This document shows, piece by piece, positions 1 through 11,076 of a stretch of 64,000 nucleotides of DNA (the stretch's first letter is position 1; every line of letters starts with the position of its first letter). The position numbers were made by a program, and so were the translations under genes. Under the pieces are notes generated by a model. It made no database searches and had not been told where the DNA came from. It saw only the letters and a program-made list of their open reading frames with translations. Source of the stretch: a virus (lineage: Duplodnaviria; Caudoviricetes); IMG/VR virus record IMGVR_UViG_3300033073_001045, positions 40,004 to 104,003 of that record. One strand, given 5' to 3'.

Positions 1-2465
1 GAATTTGTCTGAGTGTCGCTCATTTCTACAAGTTTACCAGCAACAATCTTATACATAGTTATATCTCTATAATTTTTATCCTTGGTAACATTTTGACTAG
101 TATTTATACATAAAAAGTATCCACTAGTATTATCTTCATTTAAGCAAAAAGCAATTCCACCCTTTGTTCTTTGTTCTGCAGTATCTTGACCAGATGCAGT
201 TTTTAATAGAGGAAAATACATGCTAGTCCCAATTACAAAATTTTTGCTAGCAAATGATCCTTGATCATTTGTATAATTATTTACTGGCCCGTTAGTAAAG
301 TCTTGTTCTATTGTATTTGGAGACACCATAGTTAATAAATTGTTATCTGTATATATAGTTGTTACTACACCGTCCTTATCAGTTGATTGCGCTGAAACAG
401 TATTAGGTGCAAATATAGTCATCATAGATCTTGGAACATCTTGCGAAAAGTTTTCTGACCACTGATTATTTTTAGCTGGTATGGTGTCTAACGTAAACTT
501 AGTATTGTTTAAAGAAGACGTACCAGACTTAGTATCTAAAATTCTTCCAGACCACTCAAGCTTCAATTTTTCAGTATTTACTTCATGTGCTATTGGAGCT
601 GGTAGGACACCAAATGCATTTCTTGTTTTAATTCTATACTGAGAGTCTGGTGCAAATGTATTTGGCTTGGAAAGTCCCTCAAACTTGCTTATATCTGAAT
701 CACTTGTTATCCAAACATATTTTAATCCAGATTCATCTACTGGCATGTAGTGAAACTTAATTGCATCATATTCTATTATTTCTTGATTTATTACAAGGTA
801 TCCAGAATATGCATTTAACTTTGTTGCATACCCGTCGATAACAATTGGCTGAAGTGTGACTACGCCAAGAGGTGCAGCTCCAGTTCCATTTAAATCTGGC
901 TCAGGTGTTGCAGATGCTGGTAATGAATTTATAAGTGCAGCTGCACCCAAAATCATTACTGGTGCATCATATAAGTCATCAGCATTTTTTCCAGCATATG
1001 AAGAAGATAATCTTGGAGTATATGATATTTTAACTGTTTTTACAGATGGAACATCTGAAGAATTCATTGCTATTATGTTAGATAGATTGAGTCCCTTATT
1101 GTCGTATCTAAATTTAAAATCTGACGTTCTATTTTTAAATATATACTCTCTGGTATAAAACTGTAAAATATTGTTCTCATCAAAAGTTGCAATCATCTGA
1201 GTATCTTTACAAAGATCTTGAATGTGTTGCCAAACGGTTTTAGCATTATCCGTGTACCAATAGTATGGTCGAATACTAGATGTATCTGGATCAGCCTTAT
1301 TAAAGTTATAGTTTGTAAATCCTACTGAATCAAGAAGTCTTCTAACTATAGACTGAGAGGATGATTCCTGTATAACTATATCTGGAGGGAATATTTCCTG
1401 TAATTCTTTAGCCCCATCTAATGCTTGGGCGGAAACATTTCCAAATTCATCAATACTATATTCTGATAAAAAATATATTCCTTGTTTTATATTTTCAGAT
1501 CCTATTTGAAAAAATGGCCTAATAATAATATCTTTATAAAAGTTTGTTTTTGTAGTATCAAATGCATAAGTTTTGTCATAAGAGAAACAAGATTTATCAA
1601 AAAAATTAAACGAGTAATCAGAATAGTTTGAGGTTACGTTGCCCACTGGTAATAGTCCATCAGCTTCATCTGACGCATTTTTTGTTATATTAAATGACAC
1701 TAGGTTGTCAGATATATCTTTAACATATCTTCCAGACATTTCAATTATTCCGATATAGCCGTTAGCAACTGTTACTGTATTGATCTGAAGAGATAGTTTG
1801 CTTATATTTATTGGTGACGACGGTGATATAAATTCTGTAGTAGTCCAACTTGTTCCATTATAATATAAGTTTAAAATACCATCTGATGGTATAGATACTG
1901 TTGCATTTGATGCAATTGTTAATTCACCGCCAGATATTTGAGTAGCTTTTATAGACCATGTTGCTGGAAGTCCGTGTGATGATTCAAATTTAATGGTTAC
2001 CTTATTAATTGCGGCTGTCTTTGCTGCTGGATAATTAACACTAATTATACAATTAGATAGTGATGTTCCAGATGCTTTTGGTGTTACCCAATATTTATAA
2101 GCTGTTTTAATTCCAGGCAAATACATGCGTGTAGTATAAGCTTTATCTGCAGAATATGTAATTGTTTTAGATGCAGATGGGTCGCCAAGAATAAAATATT
2201 GAATACCAGACCCTTGTGGTCGTCTTGGATTAATTATTGATGCGATTGGAAATAACTTTGTGAATGGTTTATACGTTGATCCATCACTAGCTGTTTTTGC
2301 AACTTCTAGGTCACCTTCAGGTTTTGCATCTGTTCCATTTGGACCACGTACTGTAACACCATCAATTAAATCATTCATATTGTATTCAAGCCAACATTTT
2401 GGCGTCATGCTAATTGATGCAGATTGATTAATAGTATCTAATGTTGTCTGTGTTACATTAATCAT
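1..2465 (-). CDS. Large minor tail / tail-tip protein (partial, runs off the left end)
   Basis: Not in the ORF track. ATG at 2465 (MINVTQTTLDTINQSASISMTPKCWLEYNMNDL...) overlaps the stop of the upstream gene. Position follows the tape measure and distal-tail-like gene. Confidence 0.7.
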   Translation of the reverse strand, partial: MINVTQTTLDTINQSASISMTPKCWLEYNMNDLIDGVTVRGPNGTDAKPEGDLEVAKTASDGSTYKPFTKLFPIASIINPRRPQGSGIQYFILGDPSASKTITYSADKAYTTRMYLPGIKTAYKYWVTPKASGTSLSNCIISVNYPAAKTAAINKVTIKFESSHGLPATWSIKATQISGGELTIASNATVSIPSDGILNLYYNGTSWTTTEFISPSSPINISKLSLQINTVTVANGYIGIIEMSGRYVKDISDNLVSFNITKNASDEADGLLPVGNVTSNYSDYSFNFFDKSCFSYDKTYAFDTTKTNFYKDIIIRPFFQIGSENIKQGIYFLSEYSIDEFGNVSAQALDGAKELQEIFPPDIVIQESSSQSIVRRLLDSVGFTNYNFNKADPDTSSIRPYYWYTDNAKTVWQHIQDLCKDTQMIATFDENNILQFYTREYIFKNRTSDFKFRYDNKGLNLSNIIAMNSSDVPSVKTVKISYTPRLSSSYAGKNADDLYDAPVMILGAAALINSLPASATPEPDLNGTGAAPLGVVTLQPIVIDGYATKLNAYSGYLVINQEIIEYDAIKFHYMPVDESGLKYVWITSDSDISKFEGLSKPNTFAPDSQYRIKTRNAFGVLPAPIAHEVNTEKLKLEWSGRILDTKSGTSSLNNTKFTLDTIPAKNNQWSENFSQDVPRSMMTIFAPNTVSAQSTDKDGVVTTIYTDNNLLTMVSPNTIEQDFTNGPVNNYTNDQGSFASKNFVIGTSMYFPLLKTASGQDTAEQRTKGGIAFCLNEDNTSGYFLCINTSQNVTKDKNYRDITMYKIVAGKLVEMSDTQTN

Positions 2466-2923
2466 TAGATTTCTTCCAGAGATATATCAACGTTCCAAAA
2501 TTCTTGTGGGTCTAGTCCACTTTCCATCTTTACATTTCTTCTAATAACATTAAATGAGGCAGACTGAAAGAAGGCTGTAAATATCTCATCTCTAGCAGAG
2601 ACTCCGTTGTAAGATACTTTTACCTTAAAAGAACCCTTTCCTTTATTTAAATAAAAGGTTTTAAGATCTTGAGCTCCCATTCCACCATCTATTGTCATAG
2701 AAGAAAATGATGGAATCATGCTCCATGAGGTGCTAATAGTTTTTTTATCAGCAATATGAATTTTTCTTAATGAGCCATTTGCCATTCTTGCTGTTTGCTC
2801 ATGCCTATATATATCTGTAGAAATAGCTGACCTATTATGCTCAGACAACTTTGTCCATGTTGGTGTACTAGTTGTTGAGGTATCAATAAACAATGCTGAT
2901 CCTACTGGTAGTGTTAAGCTCAT
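2465..2923 (-). CDS. Distal tail / minor tail protein
   Basis: Directly after the tape measure; 152 aa, beta-rich, RMANGSLR motif of the lambda gpM/Dit-like type. Confidence 0.6.
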   Translation of the reverse strand: MSLTLPVGSALFIDTSTTSTPTWTKLSEHNRSAISTDIYRHEQTARMANGSLRKIHIADKKTISTSWSMIPSFSSMTIDGGMGAQDLKTFYLNKGKGSFKVKVSYNGVSARDEIFTAFFQSASFNVIRRNVKMESGLDPQEFWNVDISLEEI

Positions 2924-5900
2924 GTATTAATCCTCACGTTTTTAGAAGTTCCTACCATTTTAGCATTAGTTTTTATGCTATCCTGTAGGAACTCATAGGC
3001 TGCAACCTTTGCCTTCATTACTAATTGATCTTCATTCATTCCAGGCGCAGCATGAATATGTTGTGTATATTGAATTGTTGTTCCAGAGTGTTGCTGGGCG
3101 CTTCCCATTTGAAGTGCGGCTTTATTTACATCATATCTTGGAGAGCTAAATGGTATCTTTGCTAGGTTAGGAATAATCATTCCTCCAAACGCCATTTCTG
3201 GGCCACGGTCTCCAACAATTGTAGGGATGTTTGGATCTAGCTTCATTGTTCCGTATCCAGCTTTTTCTATATTCCAAGTATTATACTGTCCCTCTCCAGT
3301 TACTCTCCACTTTTTACCATTTTTATCTAGGAACTCAAGTCCCTTTCTAATTTGACCAGTCTGAATTCCAGCAGCATTTAGGTTGCCAGTACCTACTGTT
3401 GGATTTTTTGTGCTTGGGCTTATAGCAAAAGATATAGACTTCAAAGCTTGACCGTTCTTATCTACATTAGGACCAAGGTCAACTTTTTTACCATTGATAA
3501 TTATGTCTCCGCTGCCCATTGTAATTCCCTTTGAAGAAAGTGCGCTAGTAACTGCGTCAATCGGCTTACCCATCAATTTGAGAGCCTCAGATGCAACATC
3601 TACACCCTTTAAATCTCCCTTAATTACACCAGCAGCCTTGCCAGTTGTAAGGAGACTTGATGCATCCCCCTTGCCAGCCTTTGAATCCTTAATATACTGA
3701 TCTACAGTTTTGCCAGCAGCTATTGCATTCAAAACAAGTGTGGTCATTGCTTTATTAAAATCTTCTATCTTCTGTTTTTGTGTAGCAATCTTTTCACCAA
3801 GTTTACCTAGATTTTCTGAAGCTAACGCAGCATTATCTGCAAGTTTTTCATTTGCTGAGTTTATTGCATCCATCTTTGCTTGAAGAGGTTTATTAGCGGC
3901 ATCTCTAGCATTTTCGATAGCAGCTCTTTGAGAGTTGTACTGCATTGTACTCTGTATGCCCTTCATATCAAGGGACAACTGCTGTGCTTCTGCGGTATTG
4001 CCTGTGGCTACTGCTGCTTCATATGCAGCCTTTTTCTTTTCAAGTTCTCTAGCTAAATCTGATTCTTGTTTTGCAGCATCAAGAGCTTTTAATCTAGCAT
4101 CAGCAAGTTTATTATTTGCATCTATTTGCTTTTGTAGAGCTCTTAGCTGATCTCTTGTGCTAATTTGCTGAGCAACAGACTGACCCCTTGCTGCCTTTTG
4201 TAAAGCCTTATATTGATTTTCTAATTTACCAAGATAAGCGTATTGTTCTTTTAAAATACCAGTTTCATTTTGTTTTGCAATAGTAGCACTTGCAACATCA
4301 GCTACTCTAGATAATGCAGCCACTGCTTCTGATCCAAGATTTGCAAGGTTGCCAGTAAATCCTTTAGCAGCTAGATTCATTTTTTGCCATAGGCTTACTA
4401 GTGTATCGGCTGGATTAATAACCTTTTTAAGTGCTGGATTTTGTTTGATCATTTCTTCTCTGGTGGCTTGAGTTAATTTAACCTTTGATGCCTCAAGATT
4501 ATTTAATCTTTGTAACATTTTTTCTTGTGCTTCGTACTCTGTAAGAATCTTAGTATTACCAGTCTTGTCAGCCTTTGCTGCTTTTTTACTACGATCAATT
4601 AAATCTTGGATGCCAGTATCAATTGCTGTCAATCCTGTATTTACTTGGTTTGCGCCTTCTCTTCCACCTTCTGACGCAGCAGTCTTATATCTAGATACAG
4701 CTCTAGCAGCAGCATCTTGCTTTGTTTCAATTCTATTAAATCCAGCATTTTGAATTGTATAGCTAGATGCAGTTAAAGCTTTATTAGAAACTTTAAACAT
4801 TGCCCAGATTTTCTTTGTTGCTTCTTCTGCTGAAAGACCAGCAGCCATTAGTTGAACCTTTAAATCTTCTGCAAGTTTTTTAGTATTCTTTTCTCCCTTT
4901 GTTTGATTAATTAATTTAATTTGATCACTGTATGTTTCTTTAACTTCTTTTCTAAGCTTCTTATATTCTTCAATTGTCATTTTAATTGGGGTGCCAGCAT
5001 TTTGCATGCTTTCGTATAGCAGTTGATTTTTTTCTCTTAAAGCTTGAATATTTGCAGCAGTCTCTGCTAGTTTACTGCTATAGTCTGTATACTTAAGCCC
5101 AGCTTTCTTTGCTGCCTCTGATGTAAGTCCATACTGTAGCATTCCAATTCTTAAATGCTCATTATGATCTTTCCATCTTTTATTTGCAATAATCAGTGCT
5201 GTGGCACCTATTCCAACTGCAAGATTTAAACGTGTAAGCGCCTTAAGTCCAAATCCAGCAAGTCTAGCAAATTTGCTTGTACTTCCAGATAGAGATTCAA
5301 GTTTACTTCCATACGATGTTAAGTTTCTTAAATCTTTACCATTAACAGAAACCCCTTCAACTGCTTTTGTTGCTCCTATTGGTGCAGTCCATTTACCCTT
5401 AGAGGTAATAGGTGCCTTAGATCCGCCACCGCCCATTGAACCCATTCCAAGCATAGAGCCAAGCATTGCTCCAATCATCTCACCGCCAGGGATACCGCTC
5501 ATCTTTCCAAGTGTTTGACCGCCAAACATTCCAAGCATTTGCATCATCATTAGCTTAATCATTCCTCCAGCATTATATCCATTTGGAATAATGCCACCAG
5601 AATTTCTTGGCACAAATATTTCTGGTCCATTTTCGCCAACAATATATGGTTTATTTCCAGATACTGGTCCGCCCATCTCTCTACCCTCAAGCTTAAAAAT
5701 TAATTGTTTTAATGAATCTGTTAATGGGGTTTCTTTCTTTGACTCCCAATTGACATACTTCTTTTTAAGTATGTCTCTATCTATGTCAGATAGCCTTCTA
5801 CGAGCCTCTGGAGCCGATAAGAGAGACGATGCGGCAGACCTTATAACAGAGTCTAGAACGCTTGGTTCTAAGGCCTTTATTAGGCTTCCAGCGGCGTTCT

Positions 5901-8900
5901 TAGTATATCCATATGGCATCTCTTTAGCTAATTCTGCTGCAAATTTATCATACAAGAAATTTTGAGCCCTCTTTGTTAAACCACTCTTGCCAAATAATTT
6001 TTCGCCCATTCCAATTGTTAATGAGTTTACGCCCCATGGAGCTGACTGATACATGCCTGGCTTTGGCTCTCCAGTTGGTCCAAATCCAGCACCAATTCTA
6101 AACATTGCTCTACCTTTTGTTACATTTCCAATTAAACCACCAATTGCAAATCCATTTGCTGCTGTTTTAAATGCAGCATCTGATAAGCTAACAGAATGAC
6201 CTGATTGTCTACGCTTAAGTTCATCTGCAGCTAACAATTTTGCAATTGCTGCTGGAGTCATAGGCTTGGCTTCTGAAACCTTTACAGATGAATGAATACC
6301 GTGAAGTTCTCTCCAATTTACAGATCTTGCATCAGATAATCTTTTTATCATTGCGTTATAAATTACTTTTTCTTCTGCATTTAAATCAAAAGAAGAAATT
6401 GTTTGTTTTAATTTTGGAAGTGCTTTGTCTATTTCTTTTATCATTCTGTCATGATATTGATCTGCAGTCATACTCTTTGGTACATCGACTGTTGCCTCGG
6501 CAAAGAATTTTTTAGCACCACCCTTTACACCAAGCAAATTAATAACAGCCTGATCTTTCATTGAAGGCATAGTTGCAGAGTAATCTCTTAATCCAGAAGC
6601 AGCGCTAAATACACCAGCTGGTCCAACATCGGCCAAAATATCTCCAGAAAGATTTCCTTTGGCTAAATCTTTATCTCCACGCAATGCAGAGGCAACTAAC
6701 TGTTTAAAATATTGATCTGTTGTAAATTTTCCATCTTGCTTTGCAAAGGCTTCATCATATTTAGATTCAAGAGCAAGTAGTCTTCTTTTACCCATTGGGT
6801 CTGTTGGGTCATTTATTACAACAACTTTTTGTTTTGGAGATTTTAGTCCGTGGACATCACGAGCAATTTGTGTTGCTCTTAGTTCTGCTAGAGCAGCCTT
6901 TTCATCAAGAACTGGCTTTACAAATACTTTATCTCCACCCTTTGAATATATACCACCAATTCCTGGAACTGGGAAGCTTCTCCCAGATGTAGGCTCAAGC
7001 AAATCATCATATTGAGTTACTGGCTTATGTGCAAATCTTGATTCTGCAACAGCAGCACTTGCTTTCTCCATTGCAATTTTCATAGCTCTTTGCTGTTCAA
7101 CTTGTTTAATTGCTCTAGGCATTCCTAAAAATAGTCTGCCTACTCCACCACCGCCAAATAATTTTTGTGCAAATATTTGTCCACCACTATTTGCTGCACG
7201 TTCAAGGTGTGCAAATCCAAGAGCTCTAGATGCTGCTCCCCTTCTCATAAGTTTAAATAAACTTGGGAGTGAAATTATTCCTTTACTTCTATCTAAAATT
7301 GCTTGAGGTACAGTTGTTCCAAATCTTTTTAGCCAAGCATTATCTTGTAGCTTAATAGCTTTATCTGTCATTAGTACTTCGTCTGGGAAGTAAGAGAAAG
7401 ATCTTTGTCCCTTAATCATTAATGCTCTTCTTACATCATTAGCGGCTAGATTTAAATCGGCTTCTCCCCAAAATGCTTGTCCAAAGTTACCAGCAGCCTT
7501 ATAACCCCATTTTGCATCTGGGCTTGTATGTGTACTGTGTAAGTTTGTAGCTGATACCTTGCCGTATTTATCAATTACCCAATTACCATTCTTTGATTCA
7601 AATCCTAAATCTTTAAATAGCCTATCTACAAAATCTTTACCGCCAAATTTATCTGGATTATTTCTTATATGATCAAGCATTTCTGCAGTAGGTCTAGCAT
7701 CACTTGCACCTATTCTTGCAGCCGCATTGGTATTAAGTTGTCTACGCTTTAATGGCTCTAGTCCAGCATTTGCATCTTTTACAATTTTAACTGCTTTTAC
7801 AAATTGCTTTTCTCTTATCTTTCTCCAAGCATTTTTATCTATAGTACCATTTTCAGTCATTGCGCCTTTAGGTTTAGGCAGCATAGCCTCTTCATAATTT
7901 TGTGTAGCTATTCTAACAGCATCATCAATTGCAATTCCTTTATTATTTAATACTGTTGCATCATGCATTATACTTCTATGCTGTAGTTCTTTTTGCCATC
8001 CACCATTTTGCATTGCATTTTGATATCTTTCTTGTAAACGAAGAATTTTTTTCCATGTTGTCCAATCTGGATTTCCACCAGACTCCAAACCAAATCCAGT
8101 TTTTCCAGGACCTCCATTTAGCGCATACATCAATGGCATATTTTTTTGTGCAATGTCTGCAGGAACAACTGCTTCTCCTGGAGTCAATACGACAGGTACG
8201 TTTCCTCCAGAATTTCTATATACTGGTCTTCCACCAAGTAAATCTTGAATTATTGGCATGTTTGCCTGTGTACCAGCTTTATTTATTACAAACGATCCAG
8301 CCTCTGCTGTTGTATGATACGTGTCAGTATTTCCAGTTCCTGGAACAATTCCACCCTTTGCAAGCTTAGGCTTTGTTGTTTGAATATTATATCCAGCTCC
8401 AGAAGTTCTAACGCCACCAAGCGCTCTTGCAATTCTATCTGCTATTTCTTTTGTTGTTCCCTTATGAAACATTTCTTTCATGTTTGACTTGCCAGTAACT
8501 GGATCAACAACTGGCTGTGATGTTAATGGTACTGTAGTTAAATTTGCAACTCTTCCCATAGATGCGGCAGTCATGCTTGCTGTCTCTGCAAGCATCGCTT
8601 CTACTGTTGCGTTGAGCTGAATTATTTTTGCTCTTGCCTGATCTACTGTTATTTTATTTGCTTGAACTTCAGCAACTATAGCCTGAACTTCTCTTGCAGC
8701 CAAATCTGTTATTTCAGAGAACTGAGGAAGTAGGGCCTGATATGCATCTGTTAAACTAGAAGTCACTGTTCCAGTTGCCATTACTTCTGTCTTAAGGGCT
8801 TTTATTTCTGCTTCTGACTGCATGGCAATTGCAGCTGTCATCGCATGCCACTTAGCAGCCTCCTGGGCAACAATTCCAGTAGATGTGCCATTAATCGATG

Positions 8901-11067
8901 TGACTCCAGGAATTTTTGGCATATCGTCGCTCATATATGCCTGTGGATTTTTACCAATTCTAATATTTACTGGCTTTGAACCTGGAACTGTTCCAAAAAT
9001 TGTTCCCATCTGTGCAATTCCAGAAGGAATTAAATGCGACATGTCTCTTGAGTGTGGTTTACCTACAAGTGGATTATCTTTATCTACAACTCTTCCACCA
9101 GCGCTACCTGCTGCAAGCACTGTTCCAGCAACCGTTGATATCGCAGGTTGAACTGCAACCTTTGCTGAATTTGCTTTTGTTTCTAAATCTGCTAAAGATT
9201 GTGTAAGAGTATTTACAGCATTTGATAATACTATTGTTGCTTCTGAGTCAGAATAAAATGTTGTTGCAAGTCCTTTAGCGGCAGCATCTGCAGCAATAAT
9301 CTCTGGAGTTAATAACTTAAATCCTTGTCCGCCCTTAGCTATTTGGCGAAGATGAAATATTCCTTTGATTACATATCCAATAAAGTTGCCCATAACACCA
9401 GTAAGCATGATGAGTGGACCTGCAATTGCTGTGAGTCCGCCAAGTGCATTTAAAAATGTTTTAACTGGACCAGGAAGATTTTCAAAAAACTTAATAATTC
9501 CATCAACAACCTTTAATACTTTTGTGCTTACTTTTAAGAACTGTTCGCCAGCTTGAGCAAGATCAGCTTGAACTGTAGCCCAGGCTCTCTTAAATTGACC
9601 AGATGCTGACTCTGTCATCATCTTTAATTCTCGTTCTGATATGCTAGCTAAATCAGATACACTAGCTTTCATTAAGTCCATAACCTGCAATGTTTGAGAT
9701 CCAGATTTACCAAGGTTTTCAAAAAGTGCAGACATTCTTGCATATTGAAACTTTCCAAATAGCTGTTCAATTGCTCTTGACTTCTGCAATGGGTTTAGTT
9801 GATCCAACGCAGATTGTAAATCAAGAATTGTTTGTGTTAAATTTCCAGCATTTGACGAAACAATTTGTTCAAGGTTAATTCCAAATCCAGTAAACATTTC
9901 TTTAGCAACTTTTGTTGGATTGATGAGTGAAGCCATTGCTGACTTAATAGCATTTGCACCTTCTGAGGCATTTACTCCACCTTCTTTCATTGCTGTAAGA
10001 TAAAGGGCTAAGTCTTTTACATCCCCACCAAGAGACTTAACAACTGGACCAGCTTTTGGAATTGCTTCAACTAAATCTGCAAGGCTTGTTGATGTTTGGT
10101 TTTCAACTGCGTTAAGGAAGTCAATAGACTCTGTTAGCTGATCTGTATTTTGTTTAAATGCATTTTGAATAGCAAGTGTTGCCTTCATTGCATCTTGTCG
10201 CTCTACTTCTCCAAGCACTGCAAGTCTAGATGTTTGTCTTGTTGCTTCTAGCAGCGCATTGCCTTGCTGACCAGTTGCTGCGAGGTCAGCAGCAAGAGCG
10301 ATAGTATCTTTATAAGCAACACCATATGAACTTGCTATCTCTTTTGCTGTAGCAGAAACATCTTTTCTTACTTTTGCAAGATCTTGTGAGGATACTGCAG
10401 CGAGACCTCCATAAACTTTTGTTAATCTTACAAGTTCTTGATCTGCTTCTCTAAATGCTTTTTGTGCTGCAGCTCCAAATGCAACAAGAGGAACTGTTAG
10501 ACCAACTGTTAATTGTCGACCAGCCCACTGTGTATTTTTACCCCAGTTAATTAATTGATTTGATCCATCAAGCATTACCTTGTTCATAATCGCAGCTTCT
10601 TGTCTTGCGATTGCCATCTTGTTTTTTACTTCGTCAAGGCCCTTTGCAACCATAATATTGTATTGCATTATTCCCTGTGCATTTTTACCAACAGGTTGTA
10701 CTATGGCTTGCTGTAGCATGACCTGCTGTTTAGCAAGATCTCTAATTAATGTGCTTGTTTTTTTAGTGTGGCCGTTCCAAGCGTTATAATATTCGTTTAG
10801 CTTAAGACGGCCACGATCTAAATTTTTACCAAACTTTTCTACATCTGATGATAGAGAAACAAAGTGTGAAGAAAATTGCCCAGTAGATCTCATTGTTTCC
10901 GCAAATGATTTATTCATTACGGCAATTTGATTTGCTAGCTTAGAGTTTGTTCCAGCTGTTGTTTCTTGCAGTTTTATGAGTTGGGCAGTAGTTGCAGCTA
11001 GCTGTGTTCGTAAACTGCTAAAATCTGCATTGGCGGTAATGTTGGTCGTGATCAAATTATCTGCCAT
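2920..11067 (-). CDS. Tape measure protein with inserted cargo domains
   Basis: 2715 aa. Ala/Leu-rich helical N-terminal TMP core (LTVGLTVPLVAFG..., EQLFGK), IVGENGPEIFVP and IVGDRGPE motifs, and position after the tail assembly chaperones. Confidence 0.93.
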   Translation of the reverse strand: MADNLITTNITANADFSSLRTQLAATTAQLIKLQETTAGTNSKLANQIAVMNKSFAETMRSTGQFSSHFVSLSSDVEKFGKNLDRGRLKLNEYYNAWNGHTKKTSTLIRDLAKQQVMLQQAIVQPVGKNAQGIMQYNIMVAKGLDEVKNKMAIARQEAAIMNKVMLDGSNQLINWGKNTQWAGRQLTVGLTVPLVAFGAAAQKAFREADQELVRLTKVYGGLAAVSSQDLAKVRKDVSATAKEIASSYGVAYKDTIALAADLAATGQQGNALLEATRQTSRLAVLGEVERQDAMKATLAIQNAFKQNTDQLTESIDFLNAVENQTSTSLADLVEAIPKAGPVVKSLGGDVKDLALYLTAMKEGGVNASEGANAIKSAMASLINPTKVAKEMFTGFGINLEQIVSSNAGNLTQTILDLQSALDQLNPLQKSRAIEQLFGKFQYARMSALFENLGKSGSQTLQVMDLMKASVSDLASISERELKMMTESASGQFKRAWATVQADLAQAGEQFLKVSTKVLKVVDGIIKFFENLPGPVKTFLNALGGLTAIAGPLIMLTGVMGNFIGYVIKGIFHLRQIAKGGQGFKLLTPEIIAADAAAKGLATTFYSDSEATIVLSNAVNTLTQSLADLETKANSAKVAVQPAISTVAGTVLAAGSAGGRVVDKDNPLVGKPHSRDMSHLIPSGIAQMGTIFGTVPGSKPVNIRIGKNPQAYMSDDMPKIPGVTSINGTSTGIVAQEAAKWHAMTAAIAMQSEAEIKALKTEVMATGTVTSSLTDAYQALLPQFSEITDLAAREVQAIVAEVQANKITVDQARAKIIQLNATVEAMLAETASMTAASMGRVANLTTVPLTSQPVVDPVTGKSNMKEMFHKGTTKEIADRIARALGGVRTSGAGYNIQTTKPKLAKGGIVPGTGNTDTYHTTAEAGSFVINKAGTQANMPIIQDLLGGRPVYRNSGGNVPVVLTPGEAVVPADIAQKNMPLMYALNGGPGKTGFGLESGGNPDWTTWKKILRLQERYQNAMQNGGWQKELQHRSIMHDATVLNNKGIAIDDAVRIATQNYEEAMLPKPKGAMTENGTIDKNAWRKIREKQFVKAVKIVKDANAGLEPLKRRQLNTNAAARIGASDARPTAEMLDHIRNNPDKFGGKDFVDRLFKDLGFESKNGNWVIDKYGKVSATNLHSTHTSPDAKWGYKAAGNFGQAFWGEADLNLAANDVRRALMIKGQRSFSYFPDEVLMTDKAIKLQDNAWLKRFGTTVPQAILDRSKGIISLPSLFKLMRRGAASRALGFAHLERAANSGGQIFAQKLFGGGGVGRLFLGMPRAIKQVEQQRAMKIAMEKASAAVAESRFAHKPVTQYDDLLEPTSGRSFPVPGIGGIYSKGGDKVFVKPVLDEKAALAELRATQIARDVHGLKSPKQKVVVINDPTDPMGKRRLLALESKYDEAFAKQDGKFTTDQYFKQLVASALRGDKDLAKGNLSGDILADVGPAGVFSAASGLRDYSATMPSMKDQAVINLLGVKGGAKKFFAEATVDVPKSMTADQYHDRMIKEIDKALPKLKQTISSFDLNAEEKVIYNAMIKRLSDARSVNWRELHGIHSSVKVSEAKPMTPAAIAKLLAADELKRRQSGHSVSLSDAAFKTAANGFAIGGLIGNVTKGRAMFRIGAGFGPTGEPKPGMYQSAPWGVNSLTIGMGEKLFGKSGLTKRAQNFLYDKFAAELAKEMPYGYTKNAAGSLIKALEPSVLDSVIRSAASSLLSAPEARRRLSDIDRDILKKKYVNWESKKETPLTDSLKQLIFKLEGREMGGPVSGNKPYIVGENGPEIFVPRNSGGIIPNGYNAGGMIKLMMMQMLGMFGGQTLGKMSGIPGGEMIGAMLGSMLGMGSMGGGGSKAPITSKGKWTAPIGATKAVEGVSVNGKDLRNLTSYGSKLESLSGSTSKFARLAGFGLKALTRLNLAVGIGATALIIANKRWKDHNEHLRIGMLQYGLTSEAAKKAGLKYTDYSSKLAETAANIQALREKNQLLYESMQNAGTPIKMTIEEYKKLRKEVKETYSDQIKLINQTKGEKNTKKLAEDLKVQLMAAGLSAEEATKKIWAMFKVSNKALTASSYTIQNAGFNRIETKQDAAARAVSRYKTAASEGGREGANQVNTGLTAIDTGIQDLIDRSKKAAKADKTGNTKILTEYEAQEKMLQRLNNLEASKVKLTQATREEMIKQNPALKKVINPADTLVSLWQKMNLAAKGFTGNLANLGSEAVAALSRVADVASATIAKQNETGILKEQYAYLGKLENQYKALQKAARGQSVAQQISTRDQLRALQKQIDANNKLADARLKALDAAKQESDLARELEKKKAAYEAAVATGNTAEAQQLSLDMKGIQSTMQYNSQRAAIENARDAANKPLQAKMDAINSANEKLADNAALASENLGKLGEKIATQKQKIEDFNKAMTTLVLNAIAAGKTVDQYIKDSKAGKGDASSLLTTGKAAGVIKGDLKGVDVASEALKLMGKPIDAVTSALSSKGITMGSGDIIINGKKVDLGPNVDKNGQALKSISFAISPSTKNPTVGTGNLNAAGIQTGQIRKGLEFLDKNGKKWRVTGEGQYNTWNIEKAGYGTMKLDPNIPTIVGDRGPEMAFGGMIIPNLAKIPFSSPRYDVNKAALQMGSAQQHSGTTIQYTQHIHAAPGMNEDQLVMKAKVAAYEFLQDSIKTNAKMVGTSKNVRINT

Positions 11068-11076
11068 GTATATATG

